A DNA stretch of 64,000 nt from an uncultured Eubacteriales bacterium (GTDB taxonomy: Bacteria; Bacillota; Clostridia; Saccharofermentanales; Saccharofermentanaceae): assembly GCA_900314745.1 (NCBI GenBank), contig OMWK01000005.1, positions 12,696 to 76,695 of the forward strand, in the 5' to 3' direction. The translations under genes and the position numbers were made by a program. Below are positions 58,475-64,000 of the stretch, piece by piece (the stretch's first letter is position 1; each line of letters starts with the position of its first letter). Under the pieces are notes generated by a model. It was not told the DNA's origin and made no database searches. It worked only from the letters and a program-made list of their open reading frames with translations.

Positions 58475-59265
58475 GCGTTCGCTCCTTCCTTCGCGGCCTT
58501 AAGATCTGCCTCGACCTTCTTGAAATCGATATCCTCTCCCTTGAATACGCCGAGAGGATACTGAGGGATCATCTTCTCCTTGAGCCACTCCATGGCTTCG
58601 AGAGGTTCCTTACCCCAGTTGGTGGGACATGTCGAAAGGAACTCGACCATAGTAAATCCGAGGTTAGCCTGCTGTGCGAGGAAAGCCTGCTTGATGGCCT
58701 TCTTGGCTGCCATGATGTTCTTGTAATCAGTAAGGCAAACACGCTCTACATAAGCTGCACCTGTAAGGGGCGCGATCAACTCACTTACGTTAACGGGATA
58801 ACCCTGGTAAGAAGCGTCTCTTCCGAAAGGAGATGTTGTGGTTACCTGACCGAGAAGTGTGGTAGGAGCCATCTGACCTGAAGTCATTCCGTAAACTGCA
58901 TTGTTGATGAAGAATGCAGTGATCTTCTCTCCTCTTGCTGCTGCGTGAATAATCTCGGCAGCACCGATGGAAGCAAGGTCACCGTCTCCCTGATATGTGA
59001 AGACAACCTTGTCCTTAAGATTTCTCTTGATACCTGTTGCAACAGCGGGAGCTCTTCCGTGTGCAGCCTGAACCGCATCACAGGAGAAGTACTCGTAACT
59101 GTTATAGGAGCATCCTACAGATGCAACAGAAACAGTATCCTCGAGGATACCCATCTCACACATTACTTCACCTATAAGTCTGTGAATAATACCGTGTGTA
59201 CATCCCGGGCAATAGTGAAAAGGCTTGCCCGTCAAACCCTTTGTAGCTTCAAAAACAACAGCCAT
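58471..59265 (-). CDS. 2-oxoacid:ferredoxin oxidoreductase beta (TPP-binding) subunit
   Basis: YCPGCTHG, VGCS, AHGRA, QGDGDL...NNAVYGMTSGQ, STCPTNW. Confidence 0.93.
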   Translation of the reverse strand: MAVVFEATKGLTGKPFHYCPGCTHGIIHRLIGEVMCEMGILEDTVSVASVGCSYNSYEYFSCDAVQAAHGRAPAVATGIKRNLKDKVVFTYQGDGDLASIGAAEIIHAAARGEKITAFFINNAVYGMTSGQMAPTTLLGQVTTTSPFGRDASYQGYPVNVSELIAPLTGAAYVERVCLTDYKNIMAAKKAIKQAFLAQQANLGFTMVEFLSTCPTNWGKEPLEAMEWLKEKMIPQYPLGVFKGEDIDFKKVEADLKAAKEGANA

Positions 59266-60356
59266 CAGTCAAGTGCCTCCTTCTCGGGATTCTCGTGGAT
59301 CGCGATGATCTTATCAAGGATCTCCTTCTGCATAGGAAGGTTACCGCCCATTCTTCCGTAGAAGTGAACGGGCTTCTGTCCTCTGACAGCAAGCTGCACA
59401 TCCTCAACCATCTGTCCTGCGGAAAGCTCGATATCGAGGAAAGCCTTAACGTTAGGAAGAGCTGCCGTCTCGCGGATGACATTCTTCGGGAACGGCCAGA
59501 GAGTGATGGGACGGATCATACCGACCTTGATACCCTTCTCTGCTGCCTGTCTTATAACGTTACGGCAGATTCTCGAACATGTGGAGAATGCAACGATGAC
59601 AATCTCGGCATCTTCGATTCCGATAGCCTCGTATCTGACTTCGTCTCTCTCTATGATCTTGTACTTATCAACAAGCTCCTGATTCTTTCTCTCGAGATCA
59701 TCAGGCTGGATGTAGATTGAAGTAACCGTATTGTGCTCGGCTCTTCCACCTCTTCCGCATGCGGCCCAAGGCTTCTCGGGTTCAACGATAGGCTCCTCGT
59801 CTCTGAATGCGACAGGCTCCATCATCTGACCCAGAGTTCCGTCACCTAAGATCATGCAGAGCATCCTGTACTTATCGGCAAGGTTAAATGCCTCGACAGT
59901 AAGCTCATACAATTCCTGAACGGAAGCAGGTGCGATGACGATATTTCTGTAATCACCGTGTCCGCCGCCCTTAGTAGCCTGGAAATAGTCTCCCTGTGAA
60001 GGCTGAATTCCGCCAAGACCCGGGCCTGCTCTTACGATATTTACCGCAACAGCAGGAAGCTCTGCACCTGCGATATAAGATATTCCCTCCTGCTTCAGAG
60101 AGATTCCGGGAGATGACGAAGATGTCATTACTCTGAATCCTGCGGCAGCTGCACCGTATACCATATTGATAGCCGCTACCTCACTCTCGGCCTGAACGAA
60201 GTTTCCTCCGATCTGGACCATCTTCTTTGCCATATAATGCATTACCTCAGTCTGAGGTGTGATCGGGTAACCGAAGTAATTCCTGCAGCCGGCTCTAATA
60301 GCAGCTTCAGCAATAACCTCATTTCCCTTCATAAGTACTTTCTTCTGTGCCATCAT
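59265..60356 (-). CDS. vorB: 2-oxoacid:ferredoxin oxidoreductase alpha subunit (2-ketoisovalerate/VOR type)
   Basis: MKGNEVIAEAA, GYPITPQTE, QAESEVAA, TSSSSPG, RAGPGLGGIQPSQGDY. Confidence 0.88.
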   Translation of the reverse strand: MMAQKKVLMKGNEVIAEAAIRAGCRNYFGYPITPQTEVMHYMAKKMVQIGGNFVQAESEVAAINMVYGAAAAGFRVMTSSSSPGISLKQEGISYIAGAELPAVAVNIVRAGPGLGGIQPSQGDYFQATKGGGHGDYRNIVIAPASVQELYELTVEAFNLADKYRMLCMILGDGTLGQMMEPVAFRDEEPIVEPEKPWAACGRGGRAEHNTVTSIYIQPDDLERKNQELVDKYKIIERDEVRYEAIGIEDAEIVIVAFSTCSRICRNVIRQAAEKGIKVGMIRPITLWPFPKNVIRETAALPNVKAFLDIELSAGQMVEDVQLAVRGQKPVHFYGRMGGNLPMQKEILDKIIAIHENPEKEALD

Positions 60357-60363
60357 CTAATCC

Positions 60364-60570
60364 TCATCTTTCAACTGTAATGACAACATCGGGACATGTA
60401 GTAGCGCAGAAAGCGCAGCCGATGCACGAATCAAGATCAGTGCATACAGCGGGATGATAACCCTTGTTGTTAAGTCTCGTCTTATCAAGCTCGAGGATCT
60501 TCCTGGGACACGCATTGACACAAAGACCGCAGCCTTTGCACAGGTCGTCATTAAATGTGACTTTTGCCAT
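60364..60570 (-). CDS. 2x[4Fe-4S] ferredoxin-like delta subunit
   Basis: CKGCGLCVNACP and CIGCAFCATTCP. Confidence 0.93.
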   Translation of the reverse strand: MAKVTFNDDLCKGCGLCVNACPRKILELDKTRLNNKGYHPAVCTDLDSCIGCAFCATTCPDVVITVER

Positions 60571-60601
60571 TGCCTTATACTCCCTCTTATAAATTCATAG
60601 A

Positions 60602-60671
60602 ATTATAAAACGAAGGCAAATGATTTTCAATTCATAAGTGTTTATAGTCATTTATGTTTTTTGACCATAAA
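60602..60671 (-). promoter_or_regulatory. Promoter of the oxidoreductase operon with an upstream imperfect inverted repeat
   Basis: TTGAAA (60625-60630)-17-TATAAT (60602-60607); TTTATAGTCA (60641-60650)-11 nt-TGACCATAAA (60662-60671). Confidence 0.6.
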
Positions 60672-60678
60672 AGAACAT

Positions 60679-60707
60679 AAAAAAGCCCCGGCCGTGAAGC
60701 CGAGGCT
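60679..60707 (-). terminator. Intrinsic terminator of the SPFH gene
   Basis: Minus strand AGCCTCGGC-TTCACG-GCCGGGGCT followed by TTTTT. Confidence 0.8.
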
Positions 60708-60733
60708 CATATTCAGCATTTATCGGGCTGCGA

Positions 60734-62065
60734 TCAAGGCTGGGGCTTACCGCAGTTGGAGCAGAACTTACCTGTGTTCTGTGTTCCGCACTCACACGTC
60801 CAACCTGCTGCAGGCTGAGGCTTACCGCAGTTCGAGCAGAACTTACCTGTATTCTGTGTTCCGCACTCACATGTCCAACCTGAAGGAGCAACGGGCTGAG
60901 GCTTTCCGCAGTTAGAGCAGAACTTACCTGAGTTAGTCGTACCGCAAGAGCATGTCCAACCTGCCGCTGCCGGAGCCGGTGCAGGTGCGGGTGCAGGTGC
61001 AGGTGCTGCCTGCTGAGCCTGCTGCTGACCCATGAACTGGAATGCAGCATTGCCCATGCCGCCCATCTGGCCCATGCCGCCAACCATTCCCATGCCCATA
61101 AGGCCGTTAACCGCACCGTTGGCATTGCCAGCCGCAGTCTTCATAGCCTCTGTCTGGCCGAGAACAGCCTGAGCTGCGAGAGCATTAGGATCAGAACCAA
61201 ACATCTTGGACTGATCGATCTGCTCGATTCTCTCTCTACTCTTATCGTCAGGTGTGATGCCGCCGATAGCAACGGAGGAGATAACAACACCTCTGTTCTT
61301 GAGCCACTCCTCATCGAGAGCATCCTGCATGTATGTACGGAGCTTGCCCTGGTTGGAAGGCAGGTCAGCGAACATGATCCTATCAATGCTTCCGCACTTA
61401 TTGAGAACCTCAGAGAAGTTATCCATGAACTCGATTCTGGGCTGCTTGGGATCAGCGGGTGTACCCATGAACTGAGCATTAGTATACTCACCCTGGATAT
61501 TGCCGACCTGTGTCTGGAAGAACTTTACAGGATCCTTGATCGTGTATGAGAATACACCGTTAAGTCTGATGTAGATGTTTCTGTACTCAGGATCGTGATA
61601 AGGAAGTGCTGTAGGTGTACCGTACTTCTGATCTCTGATCTCGAGCATGTTAACGAAGTAGATCCTCTGCTGTGTAGCGATCTCTCCGCCCATCTTCATA
61701 CGTGTCCAAGTCTCGGAAACGAGCTTCTTAGCTGCGTCGAGGAATCCGTCATTACCTGCAAATACAGTAGGTGCAGATGATGAATCCCATGTGTACATAC
61801 CGGGCTGGATAGTAAAGTCAACTACCTTGCCGTTATCAACCATAAGACATGCAGTGTGCTCAGGAACTGCAATCATGGCACCGTTATTGATAACTTCAAC
61901 GTCACCCTTGTTGTGTCCCTTCTGCATTCTCCTTGCTCCCTGACGGACAAGAACATTCTGTCCCAGGGAATCACATGTAAAGAACTCGGTATACTGATCA
62001 GCTACTACAGATGATACAGAATCGCCGATTGCGCCCATTACATTAGAAATCAATCCCATATTCAT
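60734..62065 (-). CDS. SPFH/Band-7 domain protein (YdjI-like) with three C-terminal zinc ribbons
   Basis: AMIAVPEHTACLMVDNGK, QQRIYFVN, FMDNFSE...; Gln/Gly/Met and AP linker; 3x WTCxCGTxNxGKFCSNCGKPQP. Confidence 0.88.
   Translation of the reverse strand: MNMGLISNVMGAIGDSVSSVVADQYTEFFTCDSLGQNVLVRQGARRMQKGHNKGDVEVINNGAMIAVPEHTACLMVDNGKVVDFTIQPGMYTWDSSSAPTVFAGNDGFLDAAKKLVSETWTRMKMGGEIATQQRIYFVNMLEIRDQKYGTPTALPYHDPEYRNIYIRLNGVFSYTIKDPVKFFQTQVGNIQGEYTNAQFMGTPADPKQPRIEFMDNFSEVLNKCGSIDRIMFADLPSNQGKLRTYMQDALDEEWLKNRGVVISSVAIGGITPDDKSRERIEQIDQSKMFGSDPNALAAQAVLGQTEAMKTAAGNANGAVNGLMGMGMVGGMGQMGGMGNAAFQFMGQQQAQQAAPAPAPAPAPAPAAAGWTCSCGTTNSGKFCSNCGKPQPVAPSGWTCECGTQNTGKFCSNCGKPQPAAGWTCECGTQNTGKFCSNCGKPQP
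60737..60967 (-). repeat. Three tandem coding repeats (75-81 nt) encoding zinc ribbons
   Basis: Copies start at 60737, 60812 and 60893 with high DNA identity (GCTTACCGCAGTT...GAGCAGAACTTACCTG...CCGCA...TGTCCAACCTG). Confidence 0.9.
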
Positions 62066-62178
62066 TTCCTCCGTTAAATAATCTTTGGATATCCTTCGTC
62101 AATGACTCAAGACACCTTGATTATTTTACAATATTTCCGCAGAAACGACAAATATATTTTATGGGGATTCAACAAAAA

Positions 62179-63999
62179 TCACGCAGCATCCGTCGAGGTC
62201 GCTGCAGGGATTATCTGTTCCGTTCCGGCAAAGCCGTCAGTAATTCCGTCTCCCATATTCGGATGGATGTTCGAATAGATAAAATCAAAAACAAACAGCG
62301 CTATCAGGACTATTGCAACCGGAAGAAGTTTTGCAGGATTTATCTTTCTGATCCTGTCATCGATGATCGGCGACAGGAAGTAGATAAATGCGAGACCTGC
62401 AAGTCCGAATACGAGAAGTCCCTCAAGACAGATCCTGCCGTTTATGTTAAGGAAGAAGCCGTCGTAGTTCCACCACTCTGCCCCGAACGCATACTCGAGT
62501 ATTACACTCGTGACATACTCAAGTGTTCCGCACAAAGCCATGGTGGCAAAGAAGTGCTTGGAAGGGCTCTTGCGAAGCGGGAAAAGGAAGATGAGTATCG
62601 CGATACCGCCCGCGCCGTAGATAGGAAGCCACGGGCCGTGCATGACACCTCTGTTGATGTAGTGTCCCTGAAGCATGTAGTAGTAGACAACTTCCCATAC
62701 CCAGCCGAAGCCCGAGTAGATGAAGAACATTGTAACCAGTGACAGCACGGAGTAATGACGCATGTAATGCATGGAGGAAAGTCTGCTCTCCTTGCGCGAC
62801 TCGGGGATCGGCGCAAGCTTTGTAGGATATGCCAGCCCCTCCATCTCGTCACGCATGTACATGATGCGCTGCCTGCTTGCCTGGTTCTCCTCGTACTTGA
62901 TCTCGTCCTTCGTATTCCAGAGCACGACACCGAAATGCTCGGCAAAGAACTTCTTCGCTCCGGTAAGATTCTCGAGCTTGTACTCAGGTGCACTTAACAC
63001 GTGTACAGCCTCGGGATACGCGCCCTTGAGGCGGTTGAGATCACACTTCTCGAAGAGATATCTGTCGTTAAAATACTCGCTGCCCTTGATCGAATTAGCG
63101 ATAGCATCTGCCCTTAAGCGCGCATAGAACTCACTGTAGATCGCGAGCTTATACGGGTTTGTAAAGAAGATGTTCGTGATACCTGCAGTAATGACACCCA
63201 GGACATTCCAGCCAAACAGAGTGAAAGAGTTAACGAACATATTCCATTTGTTGCCGCGGGTCATTCGCCACGAGAGTCTTATGGCCTCAAAAGGGTTGAT
63301 CTTCGGGTTCTCGGCGAGTATGTAAGGCACCATGCAAAGTCCGTAGAAAACAACAGGGAACGCTACGATGGTGGCAAGCGCGAGATAAGAGACAACCGAG
63401 TAAACAGTCAAAGTCAGTGCGGCATTAAGCCAGCTCTTTGTTCTCATGAAGAACAGGAAGCGGTTGATGGAGACCTTCTTATAGATCCTCGCTTCCAATG
63501 CAACTCTTCTTATGACCGAGGTATAAACGAGCTGGACAAACATCCAGAAAGCGACTGCTATAACCGAGGATACTCCGATCATTACCGTATCAGCTACGCT
63601 CTTGGAACCGACGATGTTCAGCACTACAGATGAGATCGTGTCAACGATGGTTCCGTTTGTAAACGCATTGATTATGTGATTGATCGTTCCCGCTGACCTG
63701 GAGAAAACCGCATTTGTCTCCTCATCTTCAAATTCAACGAGTTCCGTCGCCCCGCGAATCTTATCCGAGAGAACAGATGCGCCGGTCATTGAAGCCGCTT
63801 TGTGTTCCGTCTCGATGATCGTATCCTCATAATCGCGGGTCACGATATCCATGACGTCTGATCTTGAAGAGATGAAGTTGTCGGACAGGATAAACTCCGC
63901 GCCGATGAATGCCGCGAACAGACACATCAGTACGAATACGAAGTAGTGGCTCCTGACGCTGCGCTTGGCAGCCGACTTACATTCTTTTCTCGTCTTTGT
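62179..63999 (-). CDS. DUF975-like membrane domain fused to a CmpB/TmcB-like putative ABC-transporter permease domain; 5' end beyond the window
   Basis: The frame stays open to the window edge (TKTRKECKSAAKRSVRSHYFVFVLMC). Middle AIRLSWRMTRGNKW...PY; C-terminal FFIYSGFGWVWE, NRGVMHGPWLPIYG, WWNY, GRICLE. Confidence 0.8.
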   Translation of the reverse strand, partial: TKTRKECKSAAKRSVRSHYFVFVLMCLFAAFIGAEFILSDNFISSRSDVMDIVTRDYEDTIIETEHKAASMTGASVLSDKIRGATELVEFEDEETNAVFSRSAGTINHIINAFTNGTIVDTISSVVLNIVGSKSVADTVMIGVSSVIAVAFWMFVQLVYTSVIRRVALEARIYKKVSINRFLFFMRTKSWLNAALTLTVYSVVSYLALATIVAFPVVFYGLCMVPYILAENPKINPFEAIRLSWRMTRGNKWNMFVNSFTLFGWNVLGVITAGITNIFFTNPYKLAIYSEFYARLRADAIANSIKGSEYFNDRYLFEKCDLNRLKGAYPEAVHVLSAPEYKLENLTGAKKFFAEHFGVVLWNTKDEIKYEENQASRQRIMYMRDEMEGLAYPTKLAPIPESRKESRLSSMHYMRHYSVLSLVTMFFIYSGFGWVWEVVYYYMLQGHYINRGVMHGPWLPIYGAGGIAILIFLFPLRKSPSKHFFATMALCGTLEYVTSVILEYAFGAEWWNYDGFFLNINGRICLEGLLVFGLAGLAFIYFLSPIIDDRIRKINPAKLLPVAIVLIALFVFDFIYSNIHPNMGDGITDGFAGTEQIIPAATSTDAA

Positions 64000-64000
64000 A

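Noticed and set aside
60737-60967. Tandem repeats as a CRISPR array
   Set aside because: In-frame coding repeats without unique spacers, and no cas genes.

Overview
A 64-kb chromosomal window from a moderate-GC Clostridia-class anaerobe. The gene content and protein styles resemble rumen/gut Oscillospiraceae or Saccharofermentans-like organisms; this assignment is inference. Almost all genes are on the minus strand. In order: (1) a monosaccharide ABC importer (SBP, GguA-like ATPase, GguB-like permease) followed by a YesN/YesM-type two-component system and a second, membrane-anchored sugar-binding protein. The histidine kinase is broken by an apparent out-of-frame deletion in its HAMP domain. 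(2) Five tRNAs (Gly-TCC, His-GTG, Gln-TTG, Lys-TTT, Glu-CTC) at four loci, interleaved with accessory genes, including an EAL phosphodiesterase and a TetR-CPBP-GNAT/nitroreductase operon with a 13-bp inverted-repeat operator. (3) uvrA (LexA-like box), a zinc-finger Clp ATPase and an opine dehydrogenase. (4) A LytTR regulatory system (hydrolase, LytTR, membrane protein) with a direct-repeat promoter, next to a serine hydrolase gene bracketed by perfect 13-bp inverted repeats (candidate invertible segment). (5) iorAB-paaK, fba, and two GT-C-like membrane proteins flanking a LysR-flavodoxin-acetyltransferase-AKR module. (6) A YdjG-like zinc-ribbon protein and aconitase-citrate synthase. (7) An orphan adenylation-domain/phosphotransferase fusion plus MFS transporter, flanked by a 9-bp direct repeat. 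(8) trmH and a glgBCDA-GH13 glycogen operon in which both GlgA and GlgB carry histone-H1-like PAKK tails. (9) Cellobiose 2-epimerase, a four-subunit 2-oxoacid:ferredoxin oxidoreductase, an SPFH protein with three zinc ribbons, and a DUF975/CmpB-like fusion. No rRNA, CRISPR array, transposase or integrase was seen. All family assignments come from motif recognition by eye; no database searches were run.
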